Source: Candidatus Levybacteria bacterium GW2011_GWA1_37_16 (GTDB lineage: Bacteria > Patescibacteriota > Microgenomatia > Levybacterales > UBA12049). From it: a DNA stretch of 64,000 bases. The notes under the pieces were generated by a model. It did no database searches and was not told where the DNA came from. It saw nothing but the letters and a program-made list of their open reading frames with translations. The stretch is taken from NCBI GenBank assembly GCA_943357985.1, contig CALRGR010000002.1, positions 306 through 64,305 on the forward strand. Reading direction: 5' to 3'. This document shows, piece by piece, positions 47,514 to 56,587 of this stretch. Every line of letters starts with the position of its first letter. Position 1 is the first letter of the stretch. The position numbers were made by a program, and so were the translations under genes.

Positions 47514-48221
47514 ATGGCAAACGGCTATACAGAAAAGATTGTAATGTCCATTGGGGGCTCCCTTGTTGTTCCCGACGGAGGAATTGATACAGATTTCCTT
47601 TCAAGACTTAATAAATTTATCCGTGAACATCTGGCTAAAAATCCCCACCGCCAGTTTTTTTTGGTTATAGGAGGAGGTTCAATTGCCCGTAACTACCGTG
47701 ATGCAGGCAGGGATGTTATAGGTCATGAGCTAAACCGTGATGATTTGGACTGGCTTGGAATTCATGCAACAAAATTAAACGCGCATTTAGTCCGCACCAT
47801 TTTTAGAGATATTGCACATCCATATGTTATTAAGCATTACGAAATTATAAGAAAGGCAACAGAGCCTGTTGTTGTTGCCGCAGGATGGAAGCCGGGTTGG
47901 TCAACTGACTATTGCGCTGCTCTTTTATGTGAGGATTATGGAATAAAATCAATGATAAATCTTTCAAATGTTGATAAAGTTTATGACAAAGATCCTAAGC
48001 AATTTGAAGATGCAAAGCCGATGGACAAGATATCTTGGTTAGAGTTCAGGAAAATAGTTGGAGATGAATGGAAGCCCGGAATGAATGTGCCTTTTGATCC
48101 TATTGCCGCACAAAAATCAGAAGAATTAGAACTTAAAGTTGCAGTTTTGAATGGAAATAACTTTGAAAATGTTGCTAAATATATAGCTGGTGAAAATTTT
48201 GTGGGAACTGTGATAAAGTAG
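47514..48221 (+). CDS. pyrH: UMP kinase (archaeal-type)
   Basis: SIGGS, IGGGSIARNY, DWLGI.AT..NA, PGWSTD, NVDKVYDKDP, FDPIAA. Confidence 0.9.
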   Translation: MANGYTEKIVMSIGGSLVVPDGGIDTDFLSRLNKFIREHLAKNPHRQFFLVIGGGSIARNYRDAGRDVIGHELNRDDLDWLGIHATKLNAHLVRTIFRDIAHPYVIKHYEIIRKATEPVVVAAGWKPGWSTDYCAALLCEDYGIKSMINLSNVDKVYDKDPKQFEDAKPMDKISWLEFRKIVGDEWKPGMNVPFDPIAAQKSEELELKVAVLNGNNFENVAKYIAGENFVGTVIK

Positions 48222-48229
48222 AGGGCGCA

Positions 48230-49291
48230 ATGTTACTTAAAAGTTTAGCTCTCTCAAGCTTTAGAAACCATCCAAAAGCCTCGTTTGAATTTTCCAATAA
48301 AACTACTTTTATAGTGGGTCCCAATACTTCCGGTAAGACAAATCTTTTAGAATCTATCTCATATTTAACAACCGGGAAAAGTTTTAAAGGTGCAAAAGAT
48401 GAGGATGTAGTAAAAAAAGGTGAAGGTGTGGTAAAGATTAAAGGTGAAACATCGGATGTTGAGCTTGAAGTTTTAATGGTTGCTGGTTCTTCTGAGCAAG
48501 AAAGAGTGAGGAAGAAATATTTGGTCAACGGAGTTTCAAAAAGTAGAATAAATTTTTCAGGAAACTTGACTTCAATAATATTTTCCCCATCGGATTTGGA
48601 CATAATAACTGGTTCACCGCATTTAAGACGGGAGTTCTTGGATGCAGTTTTGGAGCAATCGGACAAAGATTATAGGTACGCAAGTTCCGCTTATGTAAAA
48701 GCCCTAAGGCAAAGAAACGCGCTTTTGGATTTGGCGAGAGGCACGGGACAAAGAAATGAAAAACAATTTGACTATTGGGATACGCTTCTTATAAATACGG
48801 GTTCGATTGTTACTCAAAAAAGAGAAGAGTTTATTGAGTTTATAAATAAGGCCAAAAAAGATATTTTTGACTTTATTGTCACTTATGATAAAAGTGTTAT
48901 TTCGGAGGCTAGGCTATTGCAATATAAAGATGCGGAACTCTCTTCGGCCGTGACTTTGGTTGGCCCGCATAGAGATGATTTTGCGGTCTCGATGTTTGAC
49001 AATGCAACAAATGCAACATCAGATGTAAAGAGTTTTGGTTCAAGAGGGCAACAGCGTCTCGTTATCTTACAGCTCAAGCTTTTACAGCTTGATTTTATAG
49101 AAAAAACGCTCGGTCATCGTCCGTTACTCCTTCTTGATGATATATTCTCCGAGCTTGACGGTGGCCACATAAAACTAGTAACGGAAATGATAGATAAACA
49201 GCAGTCTATAGTGACCACAACGCATAGGGAGTTCATAGGCAGTAAATTAAAAGGCTCTGTGATAGAATTGAAAAAAGATGGAAAAGTTTGA
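48230..49291 (+). CDS. recF: DNA replication/repair protein RecF
   Basis: FRN, GPNTSGKTNLLE, GSP..RREFLD, GPHRDD, GSRGQQR, LLLDDIFSELD. Confidence 0.93.
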   Translation: MLLKSLALSSFRNHPKASFEFSNKTTFIVGPNTSGKTNLLESISYLTTGKSFKGAKDEDVVKKGEGVVKIKGETSDVELEVLMVAGSSEQERVRKKYLVNGVSKSRINFSGNLTSIIFSPSDLDIITGSPHLRREFLDAVLEQSDKDYRYASSAYVKALRQRNALLDLARGTGQRNEKQFDYWDTLLINTGSIVTQKREEFIEFINKAKKDIFDFIVTYDKSVISEARLLQYKDAELSSAVTLVGPHRDDFAVSMFDNATNATSDVKSFGSRGQQRLVILQLKLLQLDFIEKTLGHRPLLLLDDIFSELDGGHIKLVTEMIDKQQSIVTTTHREFIGSKLKGSVIELKKDGKV

Positions 49292-50093
49292 TAGTTCGGT
49301 ACTAAAAAACCTATACAAACCGGAGCACGATTCTCATAAGGGACAGAATGGGAAACTTCTTTTAATTGGTGGTTCAAAACTCTTTCATGCAGCATCTCTA
49401 TGGTCACTACAGGTTGCATCGCGAATTGTAGATATGGTTTTTTATGCTTCAATTCCTGAAAATAATCAATTGGTACAAGCCGCAAAAGAGGAATTTAGAA
49501 ATGGAATTGTAATTCCGCGTTCAAAAATCGATGATTATATAAAAGAGGTTGATTGCATCTTGATTGGTCCGGGGCTTCCGCGTGAGAGTGGAATTGAAGA
49601 AGGGGATGATGATACAAAAGAGTTAACGGAAACCCTTCTTAAGGCATACCCGGACAAGAAATGGGTAATAGACGGAGGAAGTTTGCAGGTTATCTCGCCT
49701 CAAGTTTTGCCAAAGAATGCAATTGTGACGCCTCACCACATGGAGTTTGAAAAGTTGTTTGGAACAGCGGGTAATGAAAATACAATTGTGGAAATGGCAA
49801 AGAAATATAACGTAGTAATTTTGGCGAAGGGGGAGAGGGACATTGTTGCCTCGCCGAGTGAGTCGGTCGAAATCTCTGGCGGTAATGAAGGGATGACAAA
49901 GGGCGGAACAGGAGACGTTTTAGCGGGACTCGTAGGAGCATTATATTGTAAGAATGATGCATTTTTGGCCGCAAGTGCGGGAAGTTATATAAACAAAAAA
50001 GCAGGAGATTCTCTGTTCACGAAGGTCGGACCTTATTTCAGCGCCTCAGACCTCGCTTTCGAAATCCCTCAATTAATGAAAAGATTGATTTAG
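49278..50093 (+). CDS. nnrD: ADP-dependent NAD(P)H-hydrate dehydratase
   Basis: SHKGQNG, IGPGL, TPHHMEF, KGGTGDVLAG. Confidence 0.88.
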   Translation: MEKFDSSVLKNLYKPEHDSHKGQNGKLLLIGGSKLFHAASLWSLQVASRIVDMVFYASIPENNQLVQAAKEEFRNGIVIPRSKIDDYIKEVDCILIGPGLPRESGIEEGDDDTKELTETLLKAYPDKKWVIDGGSLQVISPQVLPKNAIVTPHHMEFEKLFGTAGNENTIVEMAKKYNVVILAKGERDIVASPSESVEISGGNEGMTKGGTGDVLAGLVGALYCKNDAFLAASAGSYINKKAGDSLFTKVGPYFSASDLAFEIPQLMKRLI

Positions 50094-50120
50094 TTATTAT
50101 TTTGTTGTATATTTTTCGTT

Positions 50121-50354
50121 ATGGTTGAAAATAATAACGGTAAGTCTAATCCAAATATTCCATGGCGTCGTCTTTCAGATGGTACAAAAATAGTTGATGC
50201 AGAGTTTTTCACTAGGGTTTGGTCTGATTACCAAGATAGAATAGATAATCCTGTTCAAAAGCCTCCAAAGACAATAGAGCAAGAAAGACAGGAAAGATTG
50301 GATTCTGGTCATGCAAGAGTTATTGAACCTCGAATTAAGTTTCGTACTAGATAG
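50121..50354 (+). CDS. Hypothetical protein
   Basis: 77 aa ORF, no motif. Confidence 0.45.
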   Translation: MVENNNGKSNPNIPWRRLSDGTKIVDAEFFTRVWSDYQDRIDNPVQKPPKTIEQERQERLDSGHARVIEPRIKFRTR

Positions 50355-50621
50355 TTAATTTTCGTTTTGTAGTTTTTCGGAGAGAGAAGAGAGTTGGTAA
50401 GTTACAAAAACTGCAAGTCCCGTTATAACCAAAGCATAAATAAGAAGAGAAATGATTCCACTTTCCGGAAACCACTTTCTGATGTAGTTATTTACAAATT
50501 CCTGAATAAGATTATTCCAAGCAAGCGCTGCTACAAGGCCAAAACCGCTTGTTGCAAGGATTAGCATTTGTCTCACAAGCTCTACATGGAGTCTTTTCTT
50601 GCTTCGGGAATTATTCGGCAT
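50355..50621 (-). CDS. Small membrane protein (DUF5654-like)
   Basis: LATSGFGLVAALAWN..I motif, two TMs. Confidence 0.75.
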   Translation of the reverse strand: MPNNSRSKKRLHVELVRQMLILATSGFGLVAALAWNNLIQEFVNNYIRKWFPESGIISLLIYALVITGLAVFVTYQLSSLSEKLQNEN

Positions 50622-50693
50622 ATAATGATATAATTATAGCAGTTTTACTAAGCAACTAGCCACTAGTAGCTAGAAACTAGTCGCTGCATTTCT

Positions 50694-51740
50694 ATGTACA
50701 TACCTAAATTTGCTATTACTAACAGGATACTAAAGAATATTGGGATTATTGAAGCCTCAAAAGAGGTTATAGATCACGCGCCACTTCTTCCGTATTATGA
50801 GAAAAGATTTCAAAATGAAGCAATAGTAAGAGCCGTTCATTTTGGAACTCATATTGAGGGAAATGAACTCAATCTTTCTCAGGCGGAAAAAGTTTTAGAG
50901 GGTATAGATGTTGTCGGCCGGGACCGGGATATTCAAGAAGTTATAAATTACAGAAAAGCAATGGATTTTATAGGAGTTGAAGAGAATGAGAAGAATATAG
51001 TTTCGGAAGAGCTGATAAGATACATCCATAAATTGACAGTTAATAAAATTTTAGAGTCTGGACAATGTGGAGAGTTTAGAAAAACTCAGGTTGTAGTCAA
51101 AAATAGCGCAACTGGGGAAGTTTCATTTCGTCCGCCACTTGCCATAGCTATTCCTTTCCAAGTTAAGGATCTTTTGGCATTCATAAATAGCTCGGAGGAT
51201 TTGGATACTCATCCTGTTTTGAGTAGTGGAATTGTTCATTATGAGCTGGTAAGAATTCATCCATTTATTGATGGAAATGGGCGAGTAGCCCGTGCTTTAT
51301 CAACCCTTATCCTTTTTCAAAACGGTTATGACATAAGAAAATTCTTTTCTTTGGAGGAATACTTTGATTCCGACTCCGGCGCATATTACGAAGCACTCCA
51401 AAGCGTTGAAAAGAATGGGGGAGATTTAACCCGATGGCTTGAATACTTTACTCAGGGGTTAGCAATAGAACTGTCAAAGATAAAAGAAAAGGTAGAAAGA
51501 GTGTCAATTGATGCAAAGCTTAAATCAAAACTTGGCGGTACACCACTAATGCTTTCGGAGCGTCAGCTCAAGATTATTGAATATATTCAAAAAACAGGAC
51601 ACTTGCAGAATAAAGGATTTCCACAGCTTTTTCCAATGGTATCCGAGGACACAATTCTAAACGAATTGAAAGCTCTTATAAAGAATGGTATTATCACCAA
51701 GAGCGGAAGCACCAAGGGCGCAAAGTATATAATGAAATAA
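50694..51740 (+). CDS. Fic family protein with C-terminal HTH
   Basis: THIEGN, HPFIDGNGRVAR. Confidence 0.9.
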   Translation: MYIPKFAITNRILKNIGIIEASKEVIDHAPLLPYYEKRFQNEAIVRAVHFGTHIEGNELNLSQAEKVLEGIDVVGRDRDIQEVINYRKAMDFIGVEENEKNIVSEELIRYIHKLTVNKILESGQCGEFRKTQVVVKNSATGEVSFRPPLAIAIPFQVKDLLAFINSSEDLDTHPVLSSGIVHYELVRIHPFIDGNGRVARALSTLILFQNGYDIRKFFSLEEYFDSDSGAYYEALQSVEKNGGDLTRWLEYFTQGLAIELSKIKEKVERVSIDAKLKSKLGGTPLMLSERQLKIIEYIQKTGHLQNKGFPQLFPMVSEDTILNELKALIKNGIITKSGSTKGAKYIMK

Positions 51741-51741
51741 T

Positions 51742-51870
51742 ATGGGTGAAGGACAAGACAATAAAGAAGTAAAAGAAAAAGAAGAATTATTAGATATATT
51801 TGGCTCCTATATTCTGAAGCCGACAGAAGCGGTAGGGAAGCCACGCGTTTTGTCATTTAAATTTGTATGA
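51742..51870 (+). CDS. Possible 42-aa small ORF or gene remnant
   Basis: MGEGQDNKEVKEKEELLDIFGSY...; begins 1 nt after the fic stop and ends in an ATGA overlap with the ligase. Confidence 0.35.
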   Translation: MGEGQDNKEVKEKEELLDIFGSYILKPTEAVGKPRVLSFKFV

Positions 51871-53642
51871 CGTTTAAAAATTTATCCTTATATCTTGAAA
51901 AACTTGATAATACTTCATCCCGTCTTGCTTTGATAGACATACTTTCAGACCTATTCAAAAGTTCTTCAAAGGCAGAAATTTCCATGATTTGCTACTTGGT
52001 TCAAGGGAGAATTGCTCCATTTTTTAAGCCTGTTGAGATTGGAATGGCAGAAAAAACAGTAGCCCAGTCTATTGCCATTTCCTACGGTAGTTCGAAAGAT
52101 GAGGTTTTAAAACTTTATGGAAAACTTGGGGACATGGGACTAGTTGCTTCGCAACTTAATTCAAAATTCAAAGTTCAGAATTCAAAATTAACAGTAGCAC
52201 AAGTTTTTGAAATTTTAACTCAAATTGCAGGTACAAATGGGGAGGGGACAGTGGAGAAGAGGCTAAAACTTCTCTCTGACTTATTAAAGAAACTCGACTC
52301 AATCTCGGCAAAATATCTTGTTAGAATCCCTCTCGGAAATTTGCGTTTGGGAATTGGCGATCCCACAATTTTAGAAGGTCTTTCTGTGGCAAAATTTAAT
52401 GATAGGAGCAAGAAAAAGATATTGGAGGGGGCATATAACAGGACTTCCGATTTGGGGCTAATTGCGCAGATTTTATGGGAAAAGGGACTGCCGGCTGTTG
52501 AAAAGCTTGAGGTAAAAGTCGGATATCCAATTAGGTCTGAACTTTGCGAAAGGCTTCCGACCCCTCAAAAAGCAATTGAAAAGATGGGAACCGTTGACGT
52601 GCAGTATAAATATGATGGTTTTAGGGTTCAAATCCACAAAGACGGAGACAATGTTTCTATGTTTTCCAGAAATCTTGAAAATATGACTCATATGTTCCCT
52701 GAGCTTATTGAGGGAACACTAAAGCAAGTAAAAGCAAAAACTGCGATTTTAGATTCGGAAGCTCTTGCATACAGCCCTGAGTCTGAAGAATTTTTGCCTT
52801 TTCAGGAAACAACAAAAAGAAGAAGAAAGCACGGAATTGAGGAAATGGCTGCAAAACTTCCTCTTAAAGCATTTGTTTTTGACATTTTATATAAAGACGG
52901 AAAATCTTTAATAGATAGCCCATTGACGGAGCGCATTAAAGCTTTAAAAAGCACGATTGAAGAGGATGGAACGCTTATTCCGACAATTACTCAGACAATT
53001 TCAGACCCCAAAGAGTTGGGAATTATGTTGGAAGATGCAATTTCCAAAGGTTTGGAAGGAGTTGTTATTAAGAAACTGGATAGTAAATATGAAGCTGGAG
53101 GACGTAATTTTAATTGGGTAAAGCTTAAAAGGCATTCGGCTGGAGAATTGCACGACACTATTGATTGCGTAATTTTGGGATATATTTTTGGAAAAGGTAA
53201 GAGGGCGGATTTTGGAGCCGGAGCGCTTTTGGTTGGTGTTTATGATAGTAAAAAAGATGAATTTGTTACTGTTTCAAGAATTGGAACAGGCCTTACGGAT
53301 GATGAATGGCGCGAAATTCACAAAAGAGCGGACAAAATAAAAGTTGATCATAAACCTGCGCGTGTCAGCTCGCTTATTACGCCTTCTGTTTGGATTAGAC
53401 CGGAGATTGTAATTGAAGTATTAGCGGATGAAATAACCCGTTCCCCAATTCACACGGCCGGTCGTTCGACTCTGAGGGATGAGCCCTCAGGCTCAGACTC
53501 GAAGAGCAAGACCGAAACAGAGCCCGGATATGCTTTGCGTTTTCCAAGGCTTGTCTCTTTTAGAGATAAAGATAAGAAAGCAGAAGACGCAACATCTGTT
53601 AAAGAACTCGCCGAGATGTTTTTCCAGCAGTATAAAAAGTAA
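51867..53642 (+). CDS. lig: ATP-dependent DNA ligase (archaeal/eukaryotic architecture)
   Basis: N-terminal DNA-binding domain, KYDGFRVQIH, FDILY, EGVVIK, WVKLK, LRFPR. Confidence 0.92.
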   Translation: MTFKNLSLYLEKLDNTSSRLALIDILSDLFKSSSKAEISMICYLVQGRIAPFFKPVEIGMAEKTVAQSIAISYGSSKDEVLKLYGKLGDMGLVASQLNSKFKVQNSKLTVAQVFEILTQIAGTNGEGTVEKRLKLLSDLLKKLDSISAKYLVRIPLGNLRLGIGDPTILEGLSVAKFNDRSKKKILEGAYNRTSDLGLIAQILWEKGLPAVEKLEVKVGYPIRSELCERLPTPQKAIEKMGTVDVQYKYDGFRVQIHKDGDNVSMFSRNLENMTHMFPELIEGTLKQVKAKTAILDSEALAYSPESEEFLPFQETTKRRRKHGIEEMAAKLPLKAFVFDILYKDGKSLIDSPLTERIKALKSTIEEDGTLIPTITQTISDPKELGIMLEDAISKGLEGVVIKKLDSKYEAGGRNFNWVKLKRHSAGELHDTIDCVILGYIFGKGKRADFGAGALLVGVYDSKKDEFVTVSRIGTGLTDDEWREIHKRADKIKVDHKPARVSSLITPSVWIRPEIVIEVLADEITRSPIHTAGRSTLRDEPSGSDSKSKTETEPGYALRFPRLVSFRDKDKKAEDATSVKELAEMFFQQYKK

Positions 53643-53672
53643 ATTAAATTTTTGTGTTAGAATAAACTCCAA

Positions 53673-54983
53673 GTGGAATTTGTAACAGATTTACATTTGC
53701 ATAGTAAATACTCCAGGGCTGTTTCTCCAAGCATGACGCTTCCTTTTATGGCTGCGTGGGCAGTAAAAAAGGGAATAGATGTTTTGTCAGCAACGGATTT
53801 TACACATCCATTGTGGTTTAAGGAAATTAAAGCTTTGCTAGAAGAAGATGGGGAAGGAGTTTATAAACTAAAAAATATCGATAACAAGACGAAATTTATG
53901 CTTTCAACAGAAATTGCGAGCATTTTTAAGCAAGGAGAAAAACTAAGAAGAATTCATAATTTATTGTTTGCGCCAAATTTAGAAATCGCTGAAAAAATTA
54001 ACAAAGAATTAATAAGAAGAGGTTGTAATATTGCGTCTGACGGTAGACCGATTGTTGGCCTTTCCTCAAAACAGCTTTTGGAAATGGCGCTGTCTATTGA
54101 CAAAAAAGTCATTCTTATTCCGTGTCACGTCTGGACACCTCACTTTGGACTTTACGGTTCTGCAAGCGGCTTTGATACTATAGAGGAAGCATTTGGCGAT
54201 CTCTCAAAATACATCTACGGAATTGAAACGGGAATTTCCTCTGATCCTTTTATGAATTGGCAGATTCCTGAGCTTGAAAAGCGCGCAATACTTTCTTTTT
54301 CCGATGCTCATTCTGCCCCAAAAATGGGAAGAGAAGCAACGGTTTTTAAATTGCCAAAATTATCATATTCTGAATTTGGAAAAGCCCTTGCAATGCTAGA
54401 TGAAGAATCAAAAGTTTCTCATACGATTGAATTTTATCCTGAAGAAGGGAAATATCATTACACCGGACACAGGAATTGTGGAGTTTCTCTTTCCCCAAAA
54501 GATGTAAAAGAAAAAGGAGCAATTTGTCCTGTTTGCAAAAGAAAATTAATAGAGGGAGTAATGTTTAGAGTCCAGCAGGTTGCAGGCCGTGAGGTTTCAA
54601 CCGATGAGCCGATTCCTCAACCGGATGAAAATGGAGTCAATTGGATAAAAGATCCAAAAAATATTCATCCTCCTTTTGTAAAACTTGTACCACTTCTTGA
54701 AATTGTTGCCGAAGGTCTTGACTCGACGACCTCGTCTGAAAAAGTAAAGATGCTTTTTGATAAATTATGCGATGAACTCGGCTCAGAACTTAAAGTATTG
54801 TTAAAAACTCCGCTGGATGACATAAAAAGAGTTGGGGGAGAGAGAGTTGCCGAGGGAGTTTTGAAAGTAAGACGTGGAGATATCTCAATTACGCCCGGAT
54901 TTGATGGTGAATATGGAAAAGTTGCAATATGGTCCGCCTCGTCCGGCGAGCGGGCGAGTCGAGACGGGTCCGATAAAATTTAA
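53673..54983 (+). CDS. Endonuclease Q-like PHP-domain protein
   Basis: DLHLHSKYSRA, DFTHP, HVWTP, SFSDAHS, GKYHYTGHRNC, CPVC, PGFDGEYGK. Confidence 0.82.
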   Translation: MEFVTDLHLHSKYSRAVSPSMTLPFMAAWAVKKGIDVLSATDFTHPLWFKEIKALLEEDGEGVYKLKNIDNKTKFMLSTEIASIFKQGEKLRRIHNLLFAPNLEIAEKINKELIRRGCNIASDGRPIVGLSSKQLLEMALSIDKKVILIPCHVWTPHFGLYGSASGFDTIEEAFGDLSKYIYGIETGISSDPFMNWQIPELEKRAILSFSDAHSAPKMGREATVFKLPKLSYSEFGKALAMLDEESKVSHTIEFYPEEGKYHYTGHRNCGVSLSPKDVKEKGAICPVCKRKLIEGVMFRVQQVAGREVSTDEPIPQPDENGVNWIKDPKNIHPPFVKLVPLLEIVAEGLDSTTSSEKVKMLFDKLCDELGSELKVLLKTPLDDIKRVGGERVAEGVLKVRRGDISITPGFDGEYGKVAIWSASSGERASRDGSDKI

Positions 54984-55028
54984 GAAGTTAAGAAAGAGCA
55001 AATAGAACTTTTCTGATATAATCCGAAT

Positions 55029-55658
55029 ATGAAATTAATAGTGGGGCTTGGTAATCCGGGAGAGAAATACGCAAAAACACGTCATAACTTGGGGTTTATG
55101 ATTGTTGATCAGTTTTTGAAAGATTTTGAGCCTCAAAAAGATACCGTTTGGAATGATAGTAAAAAATTCAAAAGTGATATTGCCCAGATAGAATGGCACC
55201 GCCGTTCGGCAGGTTCGTCAAGCTCACTGCGAGCAAGCTCAGGCCAAGCAATCATGGAAAAAGTTATTCTTGTTAAGCCTAAAACCTACATGAATAACTC
55301 CGGCATGGCTGTTTCTCTTATTTCAAAGTTTTATAAAATTAAACCTGAAGATATTTGGATTGTCCATGACGATATAGATTTTCAAGTTGGAAATTTAAAA
55401 ATCAGATTTGGTGGAGGAGACGCAGGGCACAATGGAGTTGCGTCAGTTACAAAGAGTCTTGGTACGGATAAATTTTGGAGAGTAAGGCTTGGAATTGAAT
55501 TTGGGGAAAAGATTGTTGTGGAAGATTTTGTTTTGCGAAATTTTTCGCCCAAAGAGAAGGGGAAAGTTAAAAAAGTTATAAAAAATGCATCAGATGCTTT
55601 GCAAGAAGTTTTAGAAAATGGAACAGACGTTGCAATGAACAAATTTAATACAAGGTGA
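55029..55658 (+). CDS. pth: Peptidyl-tRNA hydrolase
   Basis: GLGNPG..Y..TRHNLGF, KPKTYMNNSG, HDDID, GHNG. Confidence 0.95.
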   Translation: MKLIVGLGNPGEKYAKTRHNLGFMIVDQFLKDFEPQKDTVWNDSKKFKSDIAQIEWHRRSAGSSSSLRASSGQAIMEKVILVKPKTYMNNSGMAVSLISKFYKIKPEDIWIVHDDIDFQVGNLKIRFGGGDAGHNGVASVTKSLGTDKFWRVRLGIEFGEKIVVEDFVLRNFSPKEKGKVKKVIKNASDALQEVLENGTDVAMNKFNTR

Positions 55659-55685
55659 CCCATTCGACTAATCCTCAGGGTCATA

Positions 55686-55985
55686 GTGAGTGAAATCGAA
55701 TCTATGAAGACGGTTAAACAAATTCTAGAAAACTTTTCGCCTGTTGAGGATAAATATATTTCCCGTGAATTTCAGTCCTTTGGTATCTATTTGGCAGAAC
55801 AGCTTGATGATTATAAGCATAGAGCGCTTTTTATAAAATTGGCAAAGACTGTTCATCGTTCAATTTTAGAAAAAGCTCTTTCTTTTGCCGTAGACAGCAA
55901 TGCAAGAAATAAAGGTGCACTTTTCATGTGGAAGCTTAAGGAATTTAAAGAGGTGGTAAAAGGCAAACAAAATGTTAAAAAATAA
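55686..55985 (+). CDS. Hypothetical protein
   Basis: 99 aa; EFQSFGIYLAEQL...LFMWKLK. Confidence 0.6.
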   Translation: MSEIESMKTVKQILENFSPVEDKYISREFQSFGIYLAEQLDDYKHRALFIKLAKTVHRSILEKALSFAVDSNARNKGALFMWKLKEFKEVVKGKQNVKK

Positions 55986-56493
55986 ATATACTCTCTATTT
56001 TCTCACCTTTGGCTCTTCAATACTCTTGATTATCCTTACTTTTTTATTTCAGGATAAACTTATTCATCTAAAAACGTGGGGAATATTGGGAGTATTTCTC
56101 ATCAATTTTTTCTCAACCGCTACTCTTTTTGTGCCTAACTTTTCCCTTGTAACAGTTATAGCGGGTGGGTCAGTTTACAATCCAATCTTGGTTGCTATTG
56201 TGGCAACTTTGGGAGGAGTTTTGGGGGACTCAACTAGTTATTTATTGGGGCATAGTGGTAAACATATATTTGTAAGGCATGAAAGTGAATTGTTCCAAAA
56301 AGTAGTGCGCGTTTTTGATAGACATGGATTAATTGTTATTTTTGCTCTTGCGCTTATTCCAAATCCTATCTTTGATGCAATTGGAATTATGGCTGGAAGT
56401 ACTGGTTATAATTTCAAGAGATATATGGTAGCTATGTTTGCAGGAAGAATTATAAGAAACCTACTTCTTGCTTATGTCGGTAAGGCTCTATGA
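55972..56493 (+). CDS. DedA/VTT-domain membrane protein
   Basis: LGGVLGDSTSYLLG, IPNPIFDAIGIMAG, GRIIR. Confidence 0.82.
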   Translation: MLKNKYTLYFLTFGSSILLIILTFLFQDKLIHLKTWGILGVFLINFFSTATLFVPNFSLVTVIAGGSVYNPILVAIVATLGGVLGDSTSYLLGHSGKHIFVRHESELFQKVVRVFDRHGLIVIFALALIPNPIFDAIGIMAGSTGYNFKRYMVAMFAGRIIRNLLLAYVGKAL

Positions 56494-56551
56494 CACATTC
56501 GATACATTCGATAAAGCTCAGGGTCTTCGTCACCAAGTCAGACTTGGCTCC

Positions 56552-56580
56552 TTGACAAATGCAACTTAGTTGCATATAAT
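56552..56580 (+). promoter_or_regulatory. Consensus sigma70 promoter with Fur/Zur-type operator
   Basis: TTGACA(56552)-17-TATAAT(56575); perfect 8-1-8 palindrome ATGCAACT-T-AGTTGCAT (56559-56575). Confidence 0.8.
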
Positions 56581-56587
56581 CATTAAG

